DNA of 64,000 nucleotides, from the NCBI GenBank assembly GCA_002310995.1, contig DBYV01000012.1, positions 2,000-65,999 of the forward strand, read 5' to 3'. This document shows, one piece after another, positions 51,950 to 61,692 of the stretch (the first letter of the stretch is position 1; each line of letters opens with the position of its first letter). The notes beneath the pieces were generated by a model. It worked only from the letters and a program-made list of their open reading frames with translations. It was not told the origin of the DNA and did no database searches. A program made the translations under genes and the position numbers. The stretch comes from a bacterium UBP6_UBA1177. GTDB taxonomy: Bacteria; UBP6; UBA1177.

Positions 51950-52944
51950 CTTAATTCCTCCAAATCTCTCAATATGTCATTAGAATTCCTGTAAATTATC
52001 CCGGGAACCCCCGTTTTTTTCAGGTAAACCATCGAAATTGTGTCCAAATTCCTTTTTTTATCCAACATTATAAATTTGCGCCATTTTTCTTCAGTTTTAT
52101 ATTTCTGCAAATCGTTTTTAACTCCGTGTTTTTGCAGTAATTTTTCAAGTTCCTTAGCCGGAAAGACCTCTTTTGCTCCCGCAATTTCAGCCCATTCCTG
52201 CGAAAGAACCATACCGGCGGCAACAGCCAGACCGTGCGATAGAGCATAGTAAAGCTCAATTGCATGACCGAATGTGTGCCCCCAGTTCAAAACAATTCTT
52301 TTTTCAAGGGTATCCGTAAAATCAGCACTTACAACATCGTATTTACCGAGTATCGCAAGCTCTATCGCCTCTTCAGAAAGTAAATCCTCAGCATTAAAGA
52401 CCATTTCTGCAAGACGACCACCTTTAATCAGCGCCAGCTTGATAATCTCGGCTTTTCCCGAAGCGATCTGCTGCTCACTCAGCGTTTTGAAGAAATCTCT
52501 CACAATGACAACTTCTTCCGCCGGATAGAAAGTGCCGACAGTGTTTTTAGCAACGAAATTCACCGCCGTTTTTCCACCTATCGCGCTGTCTACAGCCGAA
52601 AGCAGCGTTGTCGGAACAAGAACAAGCCTCATTCCGCGCTTGTAAACCGATGCCGTGAAAGCAGCAAAATCGGTTGTAGCACCGCCGCCTACCGCAACCA
52701 GCATCGTTTTACGTCCGGTATTGAGATCAATCAGCCACTCAAGGCAACTCTCGACATGGTTCAGGTCCTTCTCCTTTTCGCCGTCGATGTAGAAAACACG
52801 ACCGTCAGGAAGCAATTCTGCCAGACTTTCAAGCGATCTGTCAATCACAAAACAGCAATCCTGCCCCAAAGATGAGACAAAACCGGAAAAAGATTCCGCA
52901 AAGCTGACTTTCGTCGTGTGTGTTACTGAAAAAGTGAGTTCCAT
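51946..52944 (-). CDS. aroB: 3-dehydroquinate synthase
   Basis: GGGATTDFAAF, VPTTLLSAVDSAIGGKTAVN and NWGHTFGHAIE motifs. Confidence 0.88.
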   Translation of the reverse strand: MELTFSVTHTTKVSFAESFSGFVSSLGQDCCFVIDRSLESLAELLPDGRVFYIDGEKEKDLNHVESCLEWLIDLNTGRKTMLVAVGGGATTDFAAFTASVYKRGMRLVLVPTTLLSAVDSAIGGKTAVNFVAKNTVGTFYPAEEVVIVRDFFKTLSEQQIASGKAEIIKLALIKGGRLAEMVFNAEDLLSEEAIELAILGKYDVVSADFTDTLEKRIVLNWGHTFGHAIELYYALSHGLAVAAGMVLSQEWAEIAGAKEVFPAKELEKLLQKHGVKNDLQKYKTEEKWRKFIMLDKKRNLDTISMVYLKKTGVPGIIYRNSNDILRDLEELR

Positions 52945-53423
52945 ATTTCCATAACCTCTGACAAAATTTCACTCAAACCGCGCCCGTCAGTATCGACAAC
53001 AAAGGATGCCGCCTTTTCGTAAAGCGGGCATCTCAGCCTGAAAAGCCTTTCGTAGCCTTCCAGCCCGAGTCGTCTGCAAAGCGGTCTTTCCTCAAACCTT
53101 CCGGCAAGATTCTCAAAAGAACTTCTCAAATAAACAAGTTTGAGAGAACTTTCATAAATCTCTTTCCATGCAGGATGTGCGAAGTGGATTCCGCCTCCGA
53201 AAGCAGCAAAATCAAAATCCGACTTCAGAACTTCGCTTATCACCGAAGTTTCAAGCGTTCTGAAATCGTCTTCCGTGCCATCTTCAAGCAATCTGAACGC
53301 TTCCGGATTTTGCTTTTCAATCAGAGAATCGGTATCAACCGTTTTGAAACCGCTCTTTGAAGCAATAGCCGCAAGCGAACTTTTTCCACTTCCCGAAAAC
53401 CCGATCAGACCGAGCCGCCTCAT
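52923..53423 (-). CDS. aroK: shikimate kinase
   Basis: P-loop IGFSGSGKSS, DTDSLIE, 166 aa, located between aroC and aroB. Confidence 0.8.
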   Translation of the reverse strand: MRRLGLIGFSGSGKSSLAAIASKSGFKTVDTDSLIEKQNPEAFRLLEDGTEDDFRTLETSVISEVLKSDFDFAAFGGGIHFAHPAWKEIYESSLKLVYLRSSFENLAGRFEERPLCRRLGLEGYERLFRLRCPLYEKAASFVVDTDGRGLSEILSEVMEIWNSLFQ

Positions 53424-54451
53424 CTCTGTTTCTCCAGATATGCCGCATAAGCCGATTTTACATCACTTAGACTGTCAGAACCGAACTTCTCGCAGAAAGC
53501 ACTTGCAACAACCAACATCGCCATACTTTCGGCAATTACTCCGGCACGCTCAATGCACCAGAGATCATTCATTCCAGGGAGACACTTCCCTGCTCTGCCG
53601 TCAAGCGGCGAAACCGATGCAACTTCAAAAGGCTGAGTAGGAATTGGCTTGAAATAAAGCGTCACAACCAAAGGCTGGCCATTTGAAATACCGCCTTCAA
53701 TCCCGCCGCATCTGTTTGTCGCCCGCTCGCCGTGCCTTCCCGTGAAAGCATCTGTCGCGTCAAATCCTCTCATCTTGTGAAGTTCCGTGTCACCAAAATA
53801 GACCCCTTTCACCGACGGAATTGAAATCAATGCCGCCGCGAGCCGAGAATCCAAGTGATCCGACCACTGGACATTTGAACCCAACCCTGCAGGAATACCT
53901 GAAACCACAACTTTCAAAACTCCGCCGTAAGTGCCTCTCACCTTGTCGGCAAGCGCCTTTTCGGCATCGAAGTCGCAGTAAGGAATCCCGCCTATCTCAA
54001 GAATTTCGGAAGTTACGGAAACATTCATTTCGTTAAGGAACATCCTGCACAAAGCACCGGCAGCGACTCTCAAAGCCGTTTCCCGCGCACTTGAGCGTTC
54101 AGCCCCAATCGAAATGTTGTCGTATCCGAATTTCCTGAACGAGCTGTAATCCGCATGTCCCGGTCTCGGAAACCCTTTATCAATTACTCCGTTTTCAAAG
54201 AGCTTGCTTTCTGCTGCATTTTTCAGCATGAAAGCTATCGGAGCGCCTGTAGTCACATTGGCAGCAATCCCTGAAATGACCCGCACATCGTCTTTTTCGA
54301 TATCGAGTCTTTCGGAACGACCGAGCCCCTGACGGCGTCTCCTTAAATCTTCCTCAAAAAGAACATTGTCAAATCTGACACCCGCCGGAAATCCGCTCAG
54401 GACGGCAACAAGCTCCGAACCGTGAGACTCTCCGGCAGAAACGAACTGCAT
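53420..54451 (-). CDS. aroC: chorismate synthase
   Basis: GESHG, GRSSARETA-like SSARETALRVAAGA and GGISNGQP motifs. Confidence 0.92.
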   Translation of the reverse strand: MQFVSAGESHGSELVAVLSGFPAGVRFDNVLFEEDLRRRRQGLGRSERLDIEKDDVRVISGIAANVTTGAPIAFMLKNAAESKLFENGVIDKGFPRPGHADYSSFRKFGYDNISIGAERSSARETALRVAAGALCRMFLNEMNVSVTSEILEIGGIPYCDFDAEKALADKVRGTYGGVLKVVVSGIPAGLGSNVQWSDHLDSRLAAALISIPSVKGVYFGDTELHKMRGFDATDAFTGRHGERATNRCGGIEGGISNGQPLVVTLYFKPIPTQPFEVASVSPLDGRAGKCLPGMNDLWCIERAGVIAESMAMLVVASAFCEKFGSDSLSDVKSAYAAYLEKQR

Positions 54452-56862
54452 TACTCTTCACTTTGCTGGAGAGGAATCGATGATTTTACCTTATTCATGA
54501 TTCTAGGAGTAAGGAAAATCAAGAGTTCGCTTCTTTCAACCCTGCTTTCCTGAGACTTGAACAGCCAGCCAAGAACAGGAATGCTTCCCAAAAGCGGAAC
54601 CTGTCTTTTCGTTTTGGAAGTAAGGTTGGTGTAAACACCGCCGATAACAACTGTATCACCGCTCTTGATCAGAATTTCGGTCTTAGCCTCTTTCTTGATG
54701 ATCGAAGGCTCACCGAGGTAGTTCGAATTCGACCAGTCGGGTTCACTCTTATTGATTTCAATATTCAAAAGGATTGAACCGTCAGCCGTGATGTGCGGTG
54801 TGGTTTTCAAAATAAGGCTGGCATCAACATATTTTGTCGTAACATCGCCGCCTGTACCTCTTGTCGTGATAGGAATACTGGTACCTTGCTGGATCATAGC
54901 TTCCTTGTTGTCAAGTGTCGCAACTTTCGGAGAACTTACGATCTTGATTTTACCGTCTGATTCCATGACGTTCAAAGTAAGGTTAAGGTCGTTGATCATA
55001 CCTACACTGCCGAACGTGAAACCCATAGTTCCTGTCGGGTCAGCAGGACCGGGAACAGCAACATTAGCGCCAACACCAAGGTTGTACGGGAAAATCGCGT
55101 TGGTCGGGTGACCATTTGCATCAGTATAAGTATGGTTCGTTCCCCACTGGATACCAAGACCGAGAGCTGCCGTCGAAGTAGCCTCAACGATTCTTGCTTC
55201 GATAAGAACCTGAGGTGTCTGTGTATCCAAGTAATCAACCAACTGTTCCGATTTATCAAGGATCTCTTCTACATCCTTTACGATAAGGACATTCGTTCTC
55301 TGATCGTAGCTGACCGTACCTCTGTCGGTAAGGAGCTCTTTGATCTGAGGAACAAGTTTGTCAGCCATAGCGTAGTTTACAGGAACAAGTCTTACCTTTA
55401 CAGGTTCCAGTTTTTTCTGCGCGTTCTTCTTTGCAAGTTCCTCTTCTTTTTCTCTCTGCATCGTTCTGACAGTAGCAACTCTGATGATGTTGCCGAATCT
55501 CTCTTTGCCGAGTGATTTACTCTTGAGGATAACGTCAAGCGCTTCATCCCACGGAATATCAACAAGTCTTACCGTGACGGTACCTTTTACGTCGTCGCCG
55601 GCGATGATGTTGAGCTTGCTGATATCTGACATAAGACGCAGAATATCAAGAATATCGACTTCTTTGAAATCAAGGTTGATCTTTTTGCCAGTGTATTGAA
55701 CAGGCTCGTCTTCCATGTTAACAGCCCCGCCTTTCTCAGCTTCGCCGCCCTCTTCCTGAGCAACAGCAGCCTGAGGAAGTCTTACAATCTGAGCTTCGGA
55801 ATAACCAGCTACACCCTGAACCTTTTCAGCTTCTGAATTGAAAACGAAATCGCTTCCATGAGCCGATTCTTCGATTTTGAGAGCGTGTTTTGCCGATTTC
55901 ATCTTTGCGATGATCTTAACGTTTTCTTTATCGTTGTAGACAGCAAGTTCTGCAACCGGACCGGTAAGTGAAGTTGCATCAATAACCTGCTCTTTGTCTT
56001 TTGCGATGAAAGCGTTTTTAACAGTAATATCTATGGTCTGTCCCGTTACGTTTTTGGTTATTTCAAGTTTTTTGTCGGCTTTAACTTTAAGAATTTCCGG
56101 ATCTTCGCCGATGAAAGCAAGACCTTTGATTTCGGTTCTGTTCTCAACAGCAGGAACCTCTTCGATTTTTTCAGGTTCAGCTTTTGCAACAGCCGTTTCA
56201 GCCGGTTGATTTTTGAAAGCCGCAAACATCTTTTTGCCTTCTGCGCCGAAAGCATAAACTTTAGAGCGGCTGATCGTGAAGTACTGAGGGATTTCACTTT
56301 CTATAACAACGCGGTATCCTGCCGGATGGTTCGCGCTTCTAGCACCTTTTACAGACTTCATAGAACCTTTGATGCCGATAAAATCGAAAACAAGCCTGTC
56401 CGGACCTTTCAATGTGAAAAAGCGGACTTTTTCAGGCTGCTCGGTGAATGCAAAACTGATATTCCCCGATTTCGAATTCATCGTGACGCGGCTGTTTTTG
56501 AGCTCTTTCTCTTCCGCCATCGAAACGAGGCTGTCGAAATCTCCCGTTTTAACAGAAGTCATGCCTGATGCAAGCGACTCAAACAGAACATTTCCTTCGT
56601 CAGCATCGATTTTGAGGTGAGCAGCCTTTTTGCCGTTTACAGTTCCCTGCTCAGCAGTTCCTTCAGCAGCTTCTCCGAGACCGATGACTTCAACGCTGTC
56701 GGAATTGAGTTTAAAGTAAGTTCCGTCAAAATTTTCGGAAACTACAACATTGTTCCCGTTCTGTTCAACGGATAACGAATCATTCTTGTTCTGCGCAACA
56801 GCAAAAACAGTTACGACTGAAAAAACAAAAACAAGAACAAATGATAACCTGAGACTTTTCAT
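54451..56862 (-). CDS. pilQ: type IV pilus secretin PilQ
   Basis: Signal peptide, AMIN-like N-terminal repeats, secretin core and the C-terminal VPLLGSIPVLGWLFKS motif. Confidence 0.9.
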   Translation of the reverse strand: MKSLRLSFVLVFVFSVVTVFAVAQNKNDSLSVEQNGNNVVVSENFDGTYFKLNSDSVEVIGLGEAAEGTAEQGTVNGKKAAHLKIDADEGNVLFESLASGMTSVKTGDFDSLVSMAEEKELKNSRVTMNSKSGNISFAFTEQPEKVRFFTLKGPDRLVFDFIGIKGSMKSVKGARSANHPAGYRVVIESEIPQYFTISRSKVYAFGAEGKKMFAAFKNQPAETAVAKAEPEKIEEVPAVENRTEIKGLAFIGEDPEILKVKADKKLEITKNVTGQTIDITVKNAFIAKDKEQVIDATSLTGPVAELAVYNDKENVKIIAKMKSAKHALKIEESAHGSDFVFNSEAEKVQGVAGYSEAQIVRLPQAAVAQEEGGEAEKGGAVNMEDEPVQYTGKKINLDFKEVDILDILRLMSDISKLNIIAGDDVKGTVTVRLVDIPWDEALDVILKSKSLGKERFGNIIRVATVRTMQREKEEELAKKNAQKKLEPVKVRLVPVNYAMADKLVPQIKELLTDRGTVSYDQRTNVLIVKDVEEILDKSEQLVDYLDTQTPQVLIEARIVEATSTAALGLGIQWGTNHTYTDANGHPTNAIFPYNLGVGANVAVPGPADPTGTMGFTFGSVGMINDLNLTLNVMESDGKIKIVSSPKVATLDNKEAMIQQGTSIPITTRGTGGDVTTKYVDASLILKTTPHITADGSILLNIEINKSEPDWSNSNYLGEPSIIKKEAKTEILIKSGDTVVIGGVYTNLTSKTKRQVPLLGSIPVLGWLFKSQESRVERSELLIFLTPRIMNKVKSSIPLQQSEE

Positions 56863-56878
56863 TCCAATCTCCGTTCCG

Positions 56879-57499
56879 TTAGTTATTCAAATTTTCTTTT
56901 CCTTTCTCTTCGCCGCCGTTGAATTCTGCAGCGTCATCCGGCTCGTCGGACTCTTTAAGAGGCGACTTTATCGGAAGTTCAAGATAAAGTTTGTTGATTA
57001 TCTTTCTTCCGAGCGGATCTTTGTATGTCTCGACGATTTCAAGTTTATCCGGCAGAATTCTGCTGATTTTTCCCCAGTTTTTGCCGATAAAACTTCCATG
57101 CTTAACTATATAGCTTTTTCCGTCGGGAGCTACTACAACAGCCTTAGGATCGGTTACACCGTATATTATAGCGGAAAGTCTGACATCTGTAACATCGAAA
57201 TTCTGAAGTTCGCTGACGATCTTCTTCTCTTTGTTGAGACTTGCCATATCTCCGAAATAATTTCTGAAAGGATCTTTTTTACCGACTGGGGAATAGCGGT
57301 AATTCGACCTTCTCTGCGCGATATCGGTAATGTCGATCTCTTTTTTCGTCTTGTTTTCATTTGCTTTGGTCTTGCTGACCCTTTCGTACTCGGCTTTATA
57401 GTCGTAGGGTTCGATCTGGTATTCGTTAGTGCAGCCTGCAAGAATCGAGACTAAAATCAAACATGACACCAATACAAAAGCGTTGATCTTATTTTGCAT
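56879..57499 (-). CDS. pilP: type IV pilus assembly lipoprotein PilP
   Basis: Lipobox SILAG|C, KKDPFRNYF, and LSAIIYG...AVVVAPDGKSYIVKHGSFIG beta-domain pattern. ATG at 57499, after GGAGG. Confidence 0.7.
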   Translation of the reverse strand: MQNKINAFVLVSCLILVSILAGCTNEYQIEPYDYKAEYERVSKTKANENKTKKEIDITDIAQRRSNYRYSPVGKKDPFRNYFGDMASLNKEKKIVSELQNFDVTDVRLSAIIYGVTDPKAVVVAPDGKSYIVKHGSFIGKNWGKISRILPDKLEIVETYKDPLGRKIINKLYLELPIKSPLKESDEPDDAAEFNGGEEKGKENLNN

Positions 57500-58151
57500 T
57501 CTGACCTCCACCCATTTCTGCGGACGAAAGGAAGCGGTAAGTCGTCGCCCTGAAAGTTATATCGAGCGCAGTCTTGTTAGGCTGGAAACCGCCGAAAGCT
57601 GTTGTGACTTTTCCTTTCTTATCGTCTTTTTTAGCCGAGCCGTCGTTTGAACCGATAACCTTCATTTCAAGGTCGCTGACATTGACGATTCTGGCTAGTT
57701 TGTTCACACTGTCGAAGAAACCCAGAACCTCATGAAAACTGCCCTTCACCTTCATGGAAACAGGAACTTCCGCATAGAATTCCTTTTTACGCTCTGCAAG
57801 AGGTTCGAAGTAGTAGACTTCAAGACCGAACTTTTCGGCTTCATCAGAAAGCTTTTTAAGCAGAGAAGGGATTTCCTTCTTGTCCGGAAGCATACTGATA
57901 GCTACTTTTAAATCTCTGTCGAGAGCTTCAACTTCTTCCATGAACTGCCCTCTGTCACGAACCAGCACTACCATTTTGGAGAATTCCGCCTTCTTTGAGT
58001 TAAACTCTCTATAAAGAGATTCCATTGTGTCAACATGCGGCATATAGACTGTAACGTAATAAGCCACGATAATGACAACAATAACCAGAAGCAATCCTCC
58101 GTACCTGTATGCCGGCTTTAATTTTCCGATATTTACCAGCAAGGATTTCAT
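57489..58151 (-). CDS. pilO: type IV pilus assembly protein PilO
   Basis: One TM helix, a coiled coil, and LPDKKEIPSLLKKL...VPVSMKVKGSFHEVLGFFDSVNKLARIV. Confidence 0.78.
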   Translation of the reverse strand: MKSLLVNIGKLKPAYRYGGLLLVIVVIIVAYYVTVYMPHVDTMESLYREFNSKKAEFSKMVVLVRDRGQFMEEVEALDRDLKVAISMLPDKKEIPSLLKKLSDEAEKFGLEVYYFEPLAERKKEFYAEVPVSMKVKGSFHEVLGFFDSVNKLARIVNVSDLEMKVIGSNDGSAKKDDKKGKVTTAFGGFQPNKTALDITFRATTYRFLSSAEMGGGQNAK

Positions 58152-58163
58152 ATTCACTCCTCC

Positions 58164-58799
58164 CTATTGATTAGCACTCGGTTGAGCCGCAGCATTTTCC
58201 GTCGCCGGCTGCTCTGCGGGTTTTGCCGGCTGCTGAGGCTGTTCCTGCCTTCCAGCGAAATGAACAGTTGTATTCAAACCGTAGGAAAGCACCGTGACAC
58301 CTTGAACCACTTTGTCTTTCGTAACCTTCTTCAGGTTAATGTTCGAAAAGAAAAGAGAATTTTCAAGCTGTTTCATGAAGTTTGCAACTTCCTGATTTTC
58401 AAGTGTTTTTCCTTCCAGATCAAGTTTATTGCCTTTAATTGTGATCTTGTCTGCCCAGATTTTGTTCGACGGAATCTTGAGCGAAAGTTCATCAAGAACG
58501 CGGACAGGACCAATATTCTGTTCCTGCAACTTGATTATCATATCCATTTTTTCCTGAAGTTTCGCTTTTTTATCCTTCAGATTCTGGATTTCGCCCATAA
58601 TTGATTTGAGTTTTGCTATCTCTGCATCGGCTTCGGCGATGCGTTCCCTGCTCTCCTCCTCTTGCTTGGAAAGAAGCGAGCTGTTGGAAACAATGAGAAT
58701 GATGACGATCACAATCGAGATCAGGCAGACAGCTATGAATCCTTTTGCCTCGGTTATGAGTTTGTCTTCCTTTACGGGTAACAGATTGATCTTTATCAT
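58164..58799 (-). CDS. pilN: type IV pilus assembly protein PilN
   Basis: MIKINLLPVKE N-terminus, one TM helix, a coiled coil, and a Q/P/A-rich tail. Confidence 0.8.
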   Translation of the reverse strand: MIKINLLPVKEDKLITEAKGFIAVCLISIVIVIILIVSNSSLLSKQEEESRERIAEADAEIAKLKSIMGEIQNLKDKKAKLQEKMDMIIKLQEQNIGPVRVLDELSLKIPSNKIWADKITIKGNKLDLEGKTLENQEVANFMKQLENSLFFSNINLKKVTKDKVVQGVTVLSYGLNTTVHFAGRQEQPQQPAKPAEQPATENAAAQPSANQ

Positions 58800-59851
58800 T
58801 GTTCGTCCATCCTCCGTAATGCTAATCCGAGACTGAGAGCTGCAACATGGCTGTAATCCTCAACTTCCTCTCTCGAAAGAACCTGACCAGGAACGATTAT
58901 CTCTTTGAACGGGTTCATTCTTTCGACCGGGATCGTCAGAGTTGACTGCAGAGCCTGCATAAAGGTGAAACTTTTCGTGGTTCCGCCTGTCACAAAGACC
59001 TTTGCAACACTGTCTTCCGGATTTGTGTTTGTATAATAATCAAAAACTCTCATAATATCTGAAACCATGTTCTTCGCGACATCGGCAATAATCTCTTCGA
59101 CCTGATTAGGAAGAATCGAATCACCTGTCGCATGTGTTCCTGACTTAAGGCTCTCAGCCTGCTGGAAGCTGACTTTAAGACGTCTTGTAATTTCTTCCGT
59201 GATGAAGTTACCACCCGTAAGAACATCTCTGAAAAACCTTACGTTGCCGTTCGACATAACGACGATATTAGTTTTTGAAGCGCCGATATTGAGAACTGCA
59301 ACAGTTTTGTCCTTTTCTTCCGGGTAATTAAGCTCGAAAATGTTTGCAAGAGCCGTTGCATCAATCTCTACCGACATAGGCTTTACACCTGCGTCGCTTA
59401 CGACCTGAATAAAGTCGCCGATAAGATCTTTTCTTGCCGCGATGAGAATAACTCTGTCGCGTCCGTCCTCGACGATATCAGTTTTGATGCCGTCAAAGTA
59501 GATCTCCTTGATGTCGTGCGGGATATGCGTTTCGGCTTCAACTCTCAGCGCATTGTAAAATTCCTGCTGAGAAACTTTCGGAACATTGATGACTCTGTTG
59601 ATGATACCGTGTCCCGCAACAGCGATAGAGCAGAATTTGTCTCTGAATCTCTCCTTCGCGAGCAGCGTTTTTACAGCATCGTTCATCTCGTAAGTGTTCA
59701 TGATGCTGCCGTCGACCATCGTGTTTACCGGAATCGGAATAAACCCGAACTTTTTAAGCTGATACTTCCCCTTCCCTTTTTTCTGGAGTTGCGCAGCTTT
59801 GATCAGATAAGACCCGAGGTCAAGTCCCATCAGTTGCTTGTTATAAAACAT
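58796..59851 (-). CDS. pilM: type IV pilus assembly ATPase-fold protein PilM
   Basis: Actin-like fold motifs LMGLDLGSYLIKAA, LNIGASKTNIVV and VFVTGGTTK. Confidence 0.9.
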   Translation of the reverse strand: MFYNKQLMGLDLGSYLIKAAQLQKKGKGKYQLKKFGFIPIPVNTMVDGSIMNTYEMNDAVKTLLAKERFRDKFCSIAVAGHGIINRVINVPKVSQQEFYNALRVEAETHIPHDIKEIYFDGIKTDIVEDGRDRVILIAARKDLIGDFIQVVSDAGVKPMSVEIDATALANIFELNYPEEKDKTVAVLNIGASKTNIVVMSNGNVRFFRDVLTGGNFITEEITRRLKVSFQQAESLKSGTHATGDSILPNQVEEIIADVAKNMVSDIMRVFDYYTNTNPEDSVAKVFVTGGTTKSFTFMQALQSTLTIPVERMNPFKEIIVPGQVLSREEVEDYSHVAALSLGLALRRMDEQ

Positions 59852-59866
59852 ATCCGCCTCCTCTGG

Positions 59867-60073
59867 CTATTCTTCATCATCCGAAAAAACTTTATGTTTT
59901 TCATCAAGCGAAAGCCCGAGAGCAAGAAGAATTTTTCTCTTGGTTTCCATGCGGCACTTACCGTTCTTTTCGATTCTGTCAATAGTCAGAACAGATACGC
60001 CCGCCTTTCTTGCAAGCTCGGACTTGCTCATAAGAAGTTTTTCTCTCATTTTTTTAAGGTTGTTTTCCGTCAT
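59867..60073 (-). CDS. XRE-family helix-turn-helix protein (68 aa) leading the pilM operon
   Basis: LLMSKSELARKAGVSVLTIDRIEKNG HTH. Its stop lies 15 nt before the pilM ATG. Confidence 0.75.
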   Translation of the reverse strand: MTENNLKKMREKLLMSKSELARKAGVSVLTIDRIEKNGKCRMETKRKILLALGLSLDEKHKVFSDDEE

Positions 60074-60113
60074 TGCTTACTCCATCGCAATAAAAATAAC
60101 AAATCCGGAAGCG

Positions 60114-60141
60114 ATGATAGCAAGAAAAATGTAAAAAGCAA
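60114..60141 (-). promoter_or_regulatory. possible promoter TTGCTT-16-TATCAT for HTH-pilMNOPQ, with an AGCAAGAAA direct repeat
   Basis: Minus strand: -35 at 60136-60141 and -10 at 60114-60119. The 9-mer AGCAAGAAA occurs at 60119 and 60137. Confidence 0.35.
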
Positions 60142-60210
60142 GAAATTTTGCAAAAAAATATATCATATTCATATAATTATGTAAAATATTGCTAAAATTC
60201 CTCTGCATTT

Positions 60211-61494
60211 TTAACCATTTTTACGTTCTATTGATATTCCTATTTTAGCCAATTTATCCTCAATAGCTTCATATCCGCGGTCAATTTGGCGCACATTGTA
60301 TATCCTGCTTCTCCCTTTTGCAGCCGCAGCAGCCATAAGCATCGACATTCCGGCACGTATATCAGGAGAATCAAGACTTGCGCCATGCAGCTGTGATGCA
60401 CCCGAAACAACTACGCGGTGAGGATCGCAAAGAATTATCTGAGCACCCATCGCAACGAGTCTGTCAACGAAAAAGAGCCTGCTTTCAAACATCTTTTCAA
60501 AGAAAAGCACCGTTCCTTCAGCCTGCGTCGCCGCTACAATCCCAATCGACATCAGATCGGATGGGAATGAAGGCCATGTACCGTCGTCGATTTTCGCAAT
60601 TGCGTTGTTCATCTCTTTAACAACAACCATTCTCTGAGACGGAACAAAAATATCGTCTCCTCTTTTTTCAGTTTTTATTCCGAGTTTTCCGAAAGTGTGG
60701 AGCACCATTCTTAAGGTGTTATCGCGCGCGGAATCCCTAATGATAAGTTCGCCGCCTGTCATAGCAGCCAAAGCGATATAACTTCCAGCCTCGATGTAGT
60801 CGAAACCGATCGTGTGAGTGCAGCCCGAAAGCGATGAAACGCCGTCAATGCAGAGCGTGCTCGAACCGACACCGCTGATTTTTGCTCCCATTTTGTTAAG
60901 GAAATTGCACAAACCCTGAACATGCGGTTCTGTAGCGGCATTCATTATTGTCGTGCGTCCTTCGGCAAGAACAGCGGCCATGACTATATTTTCGGTGCCG
61001 GTAACACTCGCTTCGTCAAGGAAAATATCGGCTCCGACAAGCTTTTCCGAATGAATTTCGTAACCTTCGCCTTCGACAGTATAGTTGGCTCCGAGCTGTT
61101 TGAAACCGAGGAAGTGGGTATCGAGCCTTCTCCGGCCGATTACGTCGCCGCCAGGAGGAGGAAGAATAACTTCACCGTTTCTCGCAAGAAGCGGACCTGC
61201 AAAAAGAACCGAAGTCCTCACCTTTCCGCAGAGATCGCGGTCAAGAGGCTTTCTCTGAAGATTAGCTGCATTTATCTCGATTTTATTTTTGCTGATTTTT
61301 GTGACTGAAACACCGAGATCGCTTGCAATTTCAAGCATATTTCTCACATCGAGAATATCGGGGACATTGTCAAGAATGACCGTTCCTTTCGAAAGCAACG
61401 CCGCCGCAATAACCGGAAGCGCTTCGTTTTTATTGCCGGAAGTCACGATCTCGCCGCTTACGACCCCGCCGCCCTGTATGTCGAAATATTCCAC
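60211..61494 (-). CDS. murA: UDP-N-acetylglucosamine 1-carboxyvinyltransferase (Asp instead of the active-site Cys)
   Basis: TSGNKNEALP, KVRTSVLFAGPLLAR, PPGGDVIGRRRLDTH and VTGTENIVMAA motifs. The start is the GTG at 61494, preceded by GGAGA; the track start at 61632 adds 46 non-homologous residues. Confidence 0.9.
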   Translation of the reverse strand: MEYFDIQGGGVVSGEIVTSGNKNEALPVIAAALLSKGTVILDNVPDILDVRNMLEIASDLGVSVTKISKNKIEINAANLQRKPLDRDLCGKVRTSVLFAGPLLARNGEVILPPPGGDVIGRRRLDTHFLGFKQLGANYTVEGEGYEIHSEKLVGADIFLDEASVTGTENIVMAAVLAEGRTTIMNAATEPHVQGLCNFLNKMGAKISGVGSSTLCIDGVSSLSGCTHTIGFDYIEAGSYIALAAMTGGELIIRDSARDNTLRMVLHTFGKLGIKTEKRGDDIFVPSQRMVVVKEMNNAIAKIDDGTWPSFPSDLMSIGIVAATQAEGTVLFFEKMFESRLFFVDRLVAMGAQIILCDPHRVVVSGASQLHGASLDSPDIRAGMSMLMAAAAAKGRSRIYNVRQIDRGYEAIEDKLAKIGISIERKNG

Positions 61495-61692
61495 GAACAG
61501 TCTCCAAAAAAGCCGGGGTATATTACACGAAAAAGTCTCTTTTTCCACTTTTTTTGGAGAAATCTGACAAGAAACAAGACAAATCCGATATTTTCTTAAT
61601 TTCACACCCGACACCAGAAAAAATTTGACCATGACCTAAATGTGGTAAATTATTGAACGGTCGTTTCTACTTTGATCTATTGAGGTGCGATT

